Below, piece after piece: positions 18,049-26,442 of a stretch of 40,855 nt of DNA. This DNA is from Longimicrobiaceae bacterium. Its GTDB lineage: Bacteria > Gemmatimonadota > Gemmatimonadetes > Longimicrobiales > Longimicrobiaceae. The notes under the pieces are model-generated. The model made no database searches and had not been told where the DNA came from. It saw only the letters and a program-made list of their open reading frames with translations. The position numbers and the translations under genes are program-made. The DNA is taken from NCBI GenBank assembly GCA_051006015.1, contig JBPCIT010000265.1, positions 1 to 40,855 of the forward strand, given 5' to 3'. Numbering within the stretch: position 1 is the first letter of the stretch; every line of letters begins with the position of its first letter.

Positions 18049-18761
18049 AACGGATCCGCCTCGGATTGCAGCACCTCAGCAGCGGCGCCGGAGAGGGCGC
18101 TTCGCACCGACTCCCAGACGCCCCGGCGGCGCAGCAGCACGAGGAAGAGCTCGCCGGAGCTCTCCTCGAAGGCGCCCAGGCTGACGAAGTGCACGTCGCC
18201 CAGCCGGTCGGGCCGCGGGATGCGCAGCTCCTCGCCCTCCCACTCCACCGTTAGGATCGGCTCGCGCCGGAACGCATCGGGATCCATCTCCCGCTCGATG
18301 AAGACGTCGCCGCTCACCTCGAACACCCTCTCACCCGAAGGAACGCCGGCGCGATAGAAGAGCGGATCGAAGCTCTCGCCCTGGCGGCGCGCGAAGTTCT
18401 GGTCGTCGGCGTAGTCATGCTCCTCGAGCGCGTCCTCGTCAGCGAGCGATTCGAGGTGGTGGCGCACCTCGTGGGTGATCGTCTCCCAGAGCTCCTCCTC
18501 CCAGTCGAAGTGCTCGTCCAGCTCGGCGAGGCGGCGGAAGGAGCCGTGGAAGAGCACCACCAGCGAGCGTACCTCCCCGGGCCCGCCGAACTCCGAAGGA
18601 TAGGCCTCGGTGCGGCACTCACCGAGCGTGTAGACATCGGGGAGCGAGGGATGCGGGCTCTCCTCCCGCAGCACCATCAGCCCGTCCACGCCACGCTTGA
18701 ACTCTGGCGGGATCTCGGCGAAGATCCGCTGAGCGCGGCGCTCGAAGTGCTCGAAGGTCAT
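18045..18761 (-). CDS. zincin-like putative metallopeptidase (HExxHH motif), acidic protein.
   Basis: 238-aa ORF with ITHEVRHHLESLADED. Overall very acidic. Possibly DUF1025/Zincin_1-like; unverified. Confidence 0.55.
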   Translation of the reverse strand: MTFEHFERRAQRIFAEIPPEFKRGVDGLMVLREESPHPSLPDVYTLGECRTEAYPSEFGGPGEVRSLVVLFHGSFRRLAELDEHFDWEEELWETITHEVRHHLESLADEDALEEHDYADDQNFARRQGESFDPLFYRAGVPSGERVFEVSGDVFIEREMDPDAFRREPILTVEWEGEELRIPRPDRLGDVHFVSLGAFEESSGELFLVLLRRRGVWESVRSALSGAAAEVLQSEADPL

Positions 18762-18816
18762 CGGAGCCGCGGATCAGCCTGGCAGGTCATGCTCGGGGGT
18801 GCCGGCCAGTGCAGCG

Positions 18817-20577
18817 TCAGGGCGGCGCCGAGCCGATCATCCCCGTGGTCACCTCCTCCCCGCGGCCCTCGATGACGGTCTTGCGCACCAGCCAGTTGTT
18901 CAGCAGGAGAAAGGCGCCCAGCGCGACTCCCCACTGGATGAGCACCGTTCCGACGTTGAACGCGGAGAGAAGGGTGAGGCTGGCACCCAGATCGGCGAAG
19001 TCTACGGCCTGGTAGAGCCACCAGAGCATGAGCACCACCGCCTGCACGAGTACCAGATAGATCGCCACGTCCCACCAGGCACCCACGTGGAGGTCCGAGT
19101 CGGGAGTATTGACGAACTGCTCCCGGAAGCGGCTCACGCCGTAGCGCACCACGGCGAAGGCGAAGAAGAAGCCCGAGAGCATCAGCCCCACGCCCCACAC
19201 CCAGTCCTGATTGTCAAAGACCGCCATCGAGAGCGCGGAGGGAACGCCCAGGAGAAAGCCGGCGGTGCCGACCAGCGAGATGGCGCGGCTGCGCGCCATC
19301 CCCCCGTCCACCAGGATGCGTGTCGCCAGCTCGATCATGGCGATCAGCGAGCTGAGGGCGGCGAAGACCAGCGCCAGGAAGAAGAGCGAGGTGAGCACCC
19401 GGCTGAAGGGCAGGGTGTTGAAGATCTGCGGCACCCAGATGAAGGTGAGGCCGTTGTTGCCGCTGCCCAGCACGGCGTTGCTCACCGTCTCCGCGTCGAG
19501 CGCCTCGGTGGCGCGCGCGATCTCGAGGCGAGTCTCGACGGGCACGGCGGTGTTGGCGAAGAAGCCGGGGATCTCCTCCTCGGTCACCACCACACCGAAG
19601 CGCTGCCGCACCTCGTCGGGCTCCAGATCGCGCAGCGCCGCCTCCAGTCCGCCCTCGAGGCCCGGATAGGCGCGGATCGCCTGATCGAAGCCCGCCGGCG
19701 TCGCCGCGATCCGCCCCGCGAGCGAGGGTCCCACCGCGAAGACGGTGCAGATCACCATGATCCCCGCCAGGAGGCTCACCGAGTTGTTGCCGAAGCCGAG
19801 CATGAAGGAGTTGAGCGCGGTATCCTCGCGCGGGCGCATGTAGATCGCGTAGGTCAGCGCCAGCCCCCAGCCCGCGCCGGTATCCCACGCGTTCTGGGTG
19901 AGCGCCTGCAGCCAGATGCGGTAGTCGGCGAGCTGCTCGAGATTCGGCGTGAAGAGGAAGGCGATCCCGCCGCCGGCGCCGGGGAGGGTCACCGCGCGCA
20001 CCGCCAGCAGGATGACCAGCACGAAGAGCGAGGGGATGAGCACGCTCGCCGCGCGCTCGATGCCGCGCACGCCGCGCGCCACCACCCACACGCCCAGCCC
20101 CATCGCGATGGCGTGCGTCAGCACCGCCCAGCCGCTGCCGGCGTAGTTCGCCCAGAGCGCACCGGGGATCTCGCCCTCCAGCTCGCCGGTCAACCCGGCC
20201 CAGAAGTAGCGCAGCGTCCACCCGGCCACCACCGAGTAGTAGAACATGATCGCGGTAGCCGTCCACGCCACCCACGCGCCCATCCACGCGAACCTCTTCC
20301 CGATCAGCTTGATGAACGCCCCGACCGTACCGTAGCGAGTCGCCTTGCCCATCGAGAACTCGACGAGCAGCAGCGGCACCGACCAGAGCAGCAGGAAGAC
20401 GACCCAGGCGACCAGGAAGGAGCCGCCGCCATTCGCCGCGGCGATGCGCGGGAAGCGCCAGATGTTGCCCGTGCCCACCGCCATGCCGAGCATGGCGATC
20501 ATCATCCCCCAGCGGGAGGAGAAGGTAACCTGTTTCTCGCTCAAGAGATCGGCCTCGCGAAGGGGGTTCGCCAGCAC
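18817..20577 (-). CDS. sodium-dependent transporter of the neurotransmitter:sodium symporter (NSS/SNF) family.
   Basis: 586-aa ORF. Hallmark GTGNIWRFP near the N-terminus. About 12 predicted TM segments. Confidence 0.85.
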   Translation of the reverse strand: MLANPLREADLLSEKQVTFSSRWGMMIAMLGMAVGTGNIWRFPRIAAANGGGSFLVAWVVFLLLWSVPLLLVEFSMGKATRYGTVGAFIKLIGKRFAWMGAWVAWTATAIMFYYSVVAGWTLRYFWAGLTGELEGEIPGALWANYAGSGWAVLTHAIAMGLGVWVVARGVRGIERAASVLIPSLFVLVILLAVRAVTLPGAGGGIAFLFTPNLEQLADYRIWLQALTQNAWDTGAGWGLALTYAIYMRPREDTALNSFMLGFGNNSVSLLAGIMVICTVFAVGPSLAGRIAATPAGFDQAIRAYPGLEGGLEAALRDLEPDEVRQRFGVVVTEEEIPGFFANTAVPVETRLEIARATEALDAETVSNAVLGSGNNGLTFIWVPQIFNTLPFSRVLTSLFFLALVFAALSSLIAMIELATRILVDGGMARSRAISLVGTAGFLLGVPSALSMAVFDNQDWVWGVGLMLSGFFFAFAVVRYGVSRFREQFVNTPDSDLHVGAWWDVAIYLVLVQAVVLMLWWLYQAVDFADLGASLTLLSAFNVGTVLIQWGVALGAFLLLNNWLVRKTVIEGRGEEVTTGMIGSAPP

Positions 20578-20736
20578 TACACCAGGCGTCAGATCGGGTC
20601 AGGTGGCGGCAGTATACGGCACCTCCCATCCGCGGCGCAACGCAGACCGGTGACGGCCGGATTGGCTTCCCCGCATACAGCGCCCGCACATTGACATCGC
20701 GCCCCTCCCCATCAAGGTTGAAGGCGACCCACCGCA

Positions 20737-22242
20737 GTGGGTACCACGCCGCAACCCTTCTGGTCGTCACCCTGCGAGGATCCATTGACCGAAGCCACCC
20801 GGGCCACTCCGCCCGCTCCGGAAGCGCCCGCACCTCCCGCGCCGGCCGCCGGACGGTACGACCGCTCCATCATCGAGGGTCCGTTGCGGCTGACGGTCTG
20901 GAAGCTCGCCTGGCCGACGATGCTGACCAACATCATCGGTGGGCTGCAGGGGATGGTAGACCACGTGATGGTCGGCCACCTCGTCGGCTTCGAGGGAAAC
21001 GCCGCGATCGGCGTCTCCTGGCAGATCTTCATCGTCGTGATCGTCTTCATCTCCTCGCTCTTCACCGGTATGAGCGTGCTCGTCGCCCGATTTGCCGGCG
21101 CGAACGAGGAGGAGAAGGTGAATCGCACCGTCTATCAAGCGTTCCTTACAGCGCTCGGAATCTCGCTCCTGGTGATGGCACCGGCGGGCTACCTCCTCTC
21201 GCCGGCGCTGCTCGACCTGGTGAACGCCGCACCGGCGGTGAAGGTGGAGGCGCTGCCCTTCCTGCGCATCATGTTCCTCTTCAGCACCGGACTGCTCATC
21301 TTTTTCATGCTCGGCGGCGCACTGCGCTCGGCGGGCGACGCGCGCACTCCGATGGTGCTCGGCATCGTGATGACGGTGCTGAATCTCGTCCTGAATGTGA
21401 TCCTGATCGGCGGGCTCGGGCCGATTCCGGCGTTCGGGACCGCAGGCGCGGCGATGGGAACGGTGATCGCCTCCGGCCTCGTCGCGCTCTATGCGCTGGC
21501 GAAGCTCTGGGGTGGTGGATGGGTCGTGTCGTTTCCGCGGGGGCAGGGCTTCGGGCCGGATTGGGCCATCATCCGCGCGCTCTTCCGCTTCGGCCTGCCG
21601 ACGGGCATCCAGGGGATCGCGATGAACGTGGGCGGGGTGCTCCTGCTCGCCTTCATCGGCTCGCTGGCGCAGAGCGCCGCCGCGCAGGCCGCGTTCGCCG
21701 TTGCATACACGCAGCTCTTCTCGCTCGTCACCTGGACCGCCTTCGGACTGATGGGTGCCGCGGCGGCGGTGGCGGGCCAGAACCTCGGAGCAGGCAAGCC
21801 GGAGCGCGCCGCCCAGGCGGTGAGCGTCGCCGGCCGCATCGGCGTTGCGGGCGCCGCCTTCCTCGGGATCTTCTTTCTCTTCTTCCCGCGCCAGCTTCTC
21901 GCGGTCTTCGGAATGAACGAGCCCGTGGTCGTCGAGCTCGGCACGCAGCTCCTGCGCGTGCTCAGCGTCTCGGGCCTCTTCCTCGCCGGCGCGCTCACCT
22001 ACACGGGCGGCCTGCAGGGGACCGGCGACACCAGGAGCCCGCTCTACATCTCGATCATCTCGCAGGTCATCCTGCCGCTGGGCATCTGCTTCGTGATCCA
22101 GCAGACCGGCACGCTGGATCCGATGGATATCTGGATCGCGATTCTCGTCGGTCACGTGAGCCGCTGTGTCCTGAGTGTGGTGCGGTTCAACCAGGGCAAG
22201 TGGCGCGGGATCGTCGTGGACATCGGAGCGAAGGCGTCGTAG
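20737..22242 (+). CDS. MATE-family efflux transporter.
   Basis: 501-aa ORF. Two 6-TM repeats, N-terminal WPTMLTNIIGGLQGMVDHVMVGHLG-like MATE signature. GTG start assumed. Confidence 0.85.
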   Translation: MGTTPQPFWSSPCEDPLTEATRATPPAPEAPAPPAPAAGRYDRSIIEGPLRLTVWKLAWPTMLTNIIGGLQGMVDHVMVGHLVGFEGNAAIGVSWQIFIVVIVFISSLFTGMSVLVARFAGANEEEKVNRTVYQAFLTALGISLLVMAPAGYLLSPALLDLVNAAPAVKVEALPFLRIMFLFSTGLLIFFMLGGALRSAGDARTPMVLGIVMTVLNLVLNVILIGGLGPIPAFGTAGAAMGTVIASGLVALYALAKLWGGGWVVSFPRGQGFGPDWAIIRALFRFGLPTGIQGIAMNVGGVLLLAFIGSLAQSAAAQAAFAVAYTQLFSLVTWTAFGLMGAAAAVAGQNLGAGKPERAAQAVSVAGRIGVAGAAFLGIFFLFFPRQLLAVFGMNEPVVVELGTQLLRVLSVSGLFLAGALTYTGGLQGTGDTRSPLYISIISQVILPLGICFVIQQTGTLDPMDIWIAILVGHVSRCVLSVVRFNQGKWRGIVVDIGAKAS

Positions 22243-22328
22243 TGGATCCATCCCTGAAGAGCCAGAGCCGGCTGCAACGGCGGCTTCACGATGACGCTGA
22301 ATCCCACCCCGCCACAACGAGAGCCACA

Positions 22329-23726
22329 ATGACCACTCTGCTGCTGCGCCAGACCGTGCACCTCCTGGCCGTCATCGTCGCGGTGCTCGCGAGCGTGCAT
22401 CCCACGCACGCGCAGACGATCGCATCCGACTCCACGGTTCGCTCCATCCTGAAGGTGCGGGTGGAGAGCGGCCGTGCGCCGGGCATCGTCGTCGGCATTC
22501 TCGAGAACGGCCAGCGGCGCTACGTCGTCTATGGCTCGGCCGGACCGGGGCGCGGGCCGCTCGACGAGCACACGCTCTTCGAGATCGGCTCCATATCCAA
22601 GACCTTCACGGGGCTGCTCCTCGCCGACGCCGTGGTGCGTGGGGAGGTCCGGCTTGACCAGCCTGTGGTGGAGCTGCTGCCGGCGGGTACGGTGATCCCC
22701 GCCCGTGCGGATCGCCCGATCACGCTGGAACAGCTAGCCACCCACCGCTCCGGGCTGCCGCGTCTGCCGACCAACATGGCGCCGGCGAACCCCGCTGATC
22801 CGTACGCCGACTACGATGAGGCGCGGCGCTACGCCTTCCTCGCCGCGTACACGCTGCCGCGCTCGCCGGGTGACAGCGCCGAATACTCCAATCTCGGAGC
22901 CGGCTTGCTGGGACACGCGCTCGTCCGCCGCAGCGGCGCGCCCTCATGGGGCGCGCTCGTCGAACGCCGCATCACCGGGCCGCTGGGCATGCGCGAGACG
23001 TTCGTAGATCTGCCACCGGCCGCCATCGAGCGCATGGCCGCGGGACATGATGCCGGGATGGACACCGTGCCGCTATGGCATCTCGATGTGCTCGCCGGGG
23101 CCGGAGCGCTCCGCTCCACCGCTGCCGACATGCTCACCTACCTTGCGGCCCAGATGGACACCGTCGAGGGACCGCTGGCGCGGGCGGTGGCGCTGGCCCG
23201 TGCGCCGCGCGCGGAGCTGGGTGGTGGGAATCGGATCGCGCTCGGGTGGGTCGTACGAGGACCGGCGGATCGTCCCATCTGGTGGCACAACGGCGGCACG
23301 GGGGGCTTCCGCACATTCGCGGCCTTCGATCCCGAGCGCAGGGTGGCGGTCGTGGTGCTCGCCAATGCGGCCGTGTCGGCGGACGACATCGGGATGCACC
23401 TGCTCGATCGAACGACGCCACTCGGCATGCCGCCGGTCCCCCCGCGGCGGACCGTCATCCCGCTGAGCACGACGGATCTGGATCGCCTCGTCGGCGATTA
23501 TCCGCTCGCGCCGGCCTTCGTCCTCCACGTCACGCGTGAGGGCGACGTGCTCTACCTGCAGGCTACGGGGCAGCCAAAGGTGCGGCTGTGGCCCACGGCG
23601 CCGGACCGGTTCTTCCTCAAGGAGGTCGATGCAGAGCTCGTGTTCGGTCTCACGGGCGGCGGACCGGCGACGAGCGTCACGCTTCTGCAGAACGGGATCT
23701 CGCAGACGGCGCAGCGGAAGCCGTGA
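22329..23726 (+). CDS. secreted serine hydrolase of the class C beta-lactamase / DD-peptidase family (SxxK, YxN, HxG motifs).
   Basis: 466 aa from the ATG at 22329. Signal peptide ending AHAQ. GSISKTF (S-x-x-K), EYSNLG (Y-x-N), WHNGGTGG (KTG-like), plus a C-terminal extra domain. The 1011-aa track ORF (20691..23726) is a frame artefact across the MATE gene. Confidence 0.85.
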   Translation: MTTLLLRQTVHLLAVIVAVLASVHPTHAQTIASDSTVRSILKVRVESGRAPGIVVGILENGQRRYVVYGSAGPGRGPLDEHTLFEIGSISKTFTGLLLADAVVRGEVRLDQPVVELLPAGTVIPARADRPITLEQLATHRSGLPRLPTNMAPANPADPYADYDEARRYAFLAAYTLPRSPGDSAEYSNLGAGLLGHALVRRSGAPSWGALVERRITGPLGMRETFVDLPPAAIERMAAGHDAGMDTVPLWHLDVLAGAGALRSTAADMLTYLAAQMDTVEGPLARAVALARAPRAELGGGNRIALGWVVRGPADRPIWWHNGGTGGFRTFAAFDPERRVAVVVLANAAVSADDIGMHLLDRTTPLGMPPVPPRRTVIPLSTTDLDRLVGDYPLAPAFVLHVTREGDVLYLQATGQPKVRLWPTAPDRFFLKEVDAELVFGLTGGGPATSVTLLQNGISQTAQRKP

Positions 23727-23971
23727 ATGCGCGGCATCACCGTTGCCGCTGTGGAGGGAGCGTGCCGCTGTTGCGTGAACAGAACGTGTCGGGCAACACG
23801 GCGCGCTACAGCTGCATTGCGAACAGCGCCACGCGGGATCCGATAGGCAGATGGACCGGCACCCTGGCGCGTCAGCTGAGCCGCTACGCGCCGCCCGGGC
23901 TGCATCTCCTCGGTGCGGCTCGGCGTGGGTGAAAGCAATTCTCCTTGCCGCTCGGGGGATCGTGATCATTA

Positions 23972-24805
23972 ATGTTCAAGATGAACGCGAGCCTCCAGAG
24001 CGGTAGTTTCATCGGATTCCTGCGGGGCATTCGTCAGGTCAGCGGCTTGACGCTGGCTGAAACCGAATACGCGCCTGGGCTGAGCGTGCCCGCGCATGCC
24101 CATGATCACGCTCTGTGCTGCCTGGTGGTGGACGGCTCCTTCACGGAGCGGGTGGGAAGCAGGAGAAGCCTCTGCGAACCGGGCGGCCTGATCTTCCAGC
24201 CGAAAGACGAGCCGCACGCGCACGAATTTCACGCCAGCGGCGGCAGGTGCTTCAACATCCAGTTCGGCTCGCCGTGGGTTGAGCGGCTCGCCGCGTGTGG
24301 CGTCGAGCCGGGGAAAACCCCGATCGACCTTCAACGCAGCAGAGCCGGCTGGCTCGCCAACCATCTCTATCAGGAGTTCCACGCCTCCGATAGCGCCTCG
24401 ACCCTCGCCATCGAGGGCTTTGCCCTGGCTCTCGTCGCAGAGCTCACCAGAACCGCAACCCGCCCGGGTCGAGGAGCGAAGCCCCGGTGGTTGATCCAGG
24501 CAGTCGAGCACCTGCACGCGCACGCCCTCGAGCCGATCAGCCTGACGGAGCTTGCCGCCATGCTGGGCGTCGACCCGACTCATCTCGGTCGCACCTTCCG
24601 CCGGCATCACGGCTGTACGAGGGGCGAGTACCTGCGCAAGCTGCGGATCGAAGCCGCTCGCAAGGATCTCCTCACCACGGCGAAACCGATCTCCGCCATC
24701 GCCGTGGGCGCGTTATTCGCCGATCAGGCCCACTTCTCCCGCGTCTTCAAGCAGCTCACCGGTCTTACTCCGGCTGCCTTCCGAACCGCCGCGACGACTC
24801 GCTGA
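23972..24805 (+). CDS. AraC-family transcriptional regulator (N-terminal cupin-like sensor + C-terminal double HTH).
   Basis: 277-aa ORF. C-terminal ISAIAVGALFADQAHFSRVFKQLTGLTPAAFR is typical AraC HTH. N-terminal HAHDH cupin-like motif. Confidence 0.85.
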   Translation: MFKMNASLQSGSFIGFLRGIRQVSGLTLAETEYAPGLSVPAHAHDHALCCLVVDGSFTERVGSRRSLCEPGGLIFQPKDEPHAHEFHASGGRCFNIQFGSPWVERLAACGVEPGKTPIDLQRSRAGWLANHLYQEFHASDSASTLAIEGFALALVAELTRTATRPGRGAKPRWLIQAVEHLHAHALEPISLTELAAMLGVDPTHLGRTFRRHHGCTRGEYLRKLRIEAARKDLLTTAKPISAIAVGALFADQAHFSRVFKQLTGLTPAAFRTAATTR

Positions 24806-24989
24806 AGCCGTTCAAAGCCGGCCGAAAGCGTTCAAGACTTCCCTACCGGTAGTGCCTGTTCTTGCTTCCGTGAGCCGCTGACCGACCACGGCAGCCGGCG
24901 CTCGCACAGAATCGGATTTCCGTAGCTCACGCAATCATCGGCGGGACGCAGACGGACGGCAAGACACCACACATCATAGTGAGGCAGCC

Positions 24990-25328
24990 ATGCATCCTCC
25001 CGACTCGGTCATGCTCACAGGCACCTTCATCCCGCTGCTCGCGATTCTTCTGGGCGGCCTGCTCATCCTCATCCCCGTTGCCGGTCTCACGCTTCGCTTC
25101 GCGCTGAAGCCGGCGCTGGAGACGTTCGCTCGTGTCAGGGAGCTTCAGGGTGAATCCGAGGAGAATCGCCTGATCGAACGACGCCTGGCCCTGCTGGAGC
25201 AGCATCTCCAGAGCCTGGTCCTCCTGCGGATCATCGAAGAGCAGCGTCCACAGCAGCTTCCGGAAGCTGGCCTGGAGGTCATGAAGATGCGTGGATCCGC
25301 CGTCGCAACCGATGGGCACCGGAGCTGA
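24990..25328 (+). CDS. small single-pass membrane protein, hypothetical.
   Basis: 112-aa ORF with one TM (FIPLLAILLGGLLILIPVAGL) followed by a charged helical tail. GTGAGG 6 nt upstream. No homology recognisable. Confidence 0.4.
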   Translation: MHPPDSVMLTGTFIPLLAILLGGLLILIPVAGLTLRFALKPALETFARVRELQGESEENRLIERRLALLEQHLQSLVLLRIIEEQRPQQLPEAGLEVMKMRGSAVATDGHRS

Positions 25329-25424
25329 CGGGGAGGAGTGCCGGAAATGATGTACACACCCATTGATTCTCCCGGTCGCTCGGCGGCGGAGGCTTCAGAC
25401 CAAGTACGGGTGAACAGTTCGGCC

Positions 25425-25550
25425 TCCGCGCCCCCTCTCCGGCTCGCTAGGGCTCACCACCTCCCCCCCGAGTTCGGGGGAGAGGTTGGAACTACAAGCT
25501 GTTCTCCCCTCCCTCAGCATTGGGGGAGGGGCTGGGGGAGGGGGCCTGCA
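25425..25550. repeat. two further copies of the G/C-run hairpin repeat family (CCCCCTCTCC...CTAGGGCTCACC...GGGGGAGAGG; CTCCCCTCCC...GGGGGAGGGG).
   Basis: CCGGCTCGCTAGGGCTC(A/G)CCACC is shared with copy 1 at 13726-13750. C5-7 / G5-6 inverted arms. Confidence 0.5.
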
Positions 25551-25611
25551 GCGACTGGGCAAGGATGAACTCTTCCAGCGGACCTGGTATCAGACAGCGC
25601 AGGGGGTAACG

Positions 25612-26340
25612 ATGAACAGACGCTCGTTTCTCATGGGTTCCGCGGCAGCCGCCGCCTTGGCAGTGGTCGACCGCAGCTCTCTCTTCGCCGAAGCTGCCAC
25701 ACCGAACGAGGAAGATTTCCTGATGCAGCATGTAGCCACGCCGAGGATCAATGTCGGGTTCGCTGTCTCTCCGAATGCCAACGTGATCGATCTGGCAGGT
25801 CCGTGGGAGGTCTTTCAGGACGTGATGCTTCCGTCCTCAGGCCGCGAGCATCAGATGCCGTTCCGCCTCTATACGGTGTCGGATTCGATCCGCACCATCA
25901 CCGCGACCGGAGGACTCAAGCTCGTCCCGCACTATACGTTGCGCAGCGCGCCGCCACCCGCGATCGTCTGCGTCGGCGCACAGACCGGGTCGTCTGCGAT
26001 CCACGCCTGGCTGCGGGAGCAGGCGCAACGCGCGCAGGTCGTGCTGTCGGTTTGCACCGGCGCCTTCCAACTGGCACGTGCGGGACTGCTCGACGGACGG
26101 CGGGCGACCACCCACCATGAGTTCTGGGACCGCTTCGCGGAGGCGTTTCCTCAGGTCCATCTGGTGCGCGGCCGCCGATTCGTCGCCGATGGCAAGATCG
26201 TGACGGCGGGTGGTCTCACGTCAGGAATAGACCTGGCGCTCCATCTGGTCGAGCGGTACTTCGGCAGAGATGTAGCCGAGCGGACGGCCAATTACATGGA
26301 GTACGAGAGTGGTCAATGGCGCGCGACGGCGGATGCATAA
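25612..26340 (+). CDS. DJ-1/PfpI-family protein with a twin-arginine (TAT) signal peptide.
   Basis: Start at the ATG at 25612 (MNRRSFLMGSAAAAALAV, RR motif) with AGGGGG upstream. Nucleophile elbow VCTGAFQLARAGLLDGRRATTH. Confidence 0.8.
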   Translation: MNRRSFLMGSAAAAALAVVDRSSLFAEAATPNEEDFLMQHVATPRINVGFAVSPNANVIDLAGPWEVFQDVMLPSSGREHQMPFRLYTVSDSIRTITATGGLKLVPHYTLRSAPPPAIVCVGAQTGSSAIHAWLREQAQRAQVVLSVCTGAFQLARAGLLDGRRATTHHEFWDRFAEAFPQVHLVRGRRFVADGKIVTAGGLTSGIDLALHLVERYFGRDVAERTANYMEYESGQWRATADA

Positions 26341-26406
26341 CCAACGGTAGAGATGTTATATGCAGCGTCGGGGAGGACCGGCAGGCAGAACGCTCCGCGT
26401 GCGGAA

Positions 26407-26431
26407 GCCGCGCCCACCCCGTGGGCGCGGC
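26407..26431. terminator. GC-rich perfect hairpin between convergent genes (DJ-1/PfpI and ABC-F); candidate bidirectional terminator.
   Basis: GCCGCGCCCAC-CCC-GTGGGCGCGGC (11-bp stem). No clear U-tract on either side, so intrinsic-terminator function is uncertain. Confidence 0.35.
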
Positions 26432-26442
26432 CCCTTCGCAGC

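Noticed and set aside
19214-20833. 539-aa minus-strand ORF overlapping the SNF transporter
   Set aside because: Alternate frame of the genuine NSS/SNF gene (18817..20577). The translation is low-complexity Arg/Gly-rich with no motifs.
20691-23726. 1011-aa plus-strand ORF spanning the MATE and beta-lactamase-like genes
   Set aside because: Arg/Gly/Ala-rich nonsense translation typical of an out-of-frame read through high-GC coding DNA. The real genes are 20737..22242 (MATE) and 22329..23726 (serine hydrolase) in other frames.
25338-25568. 76-aa ORF across the hairpin repeats
   Set aside because: Reading frame is generated by the G/C-run repeat copies (PPLRLARAHHLPPEFGGEVG…); not a gene.
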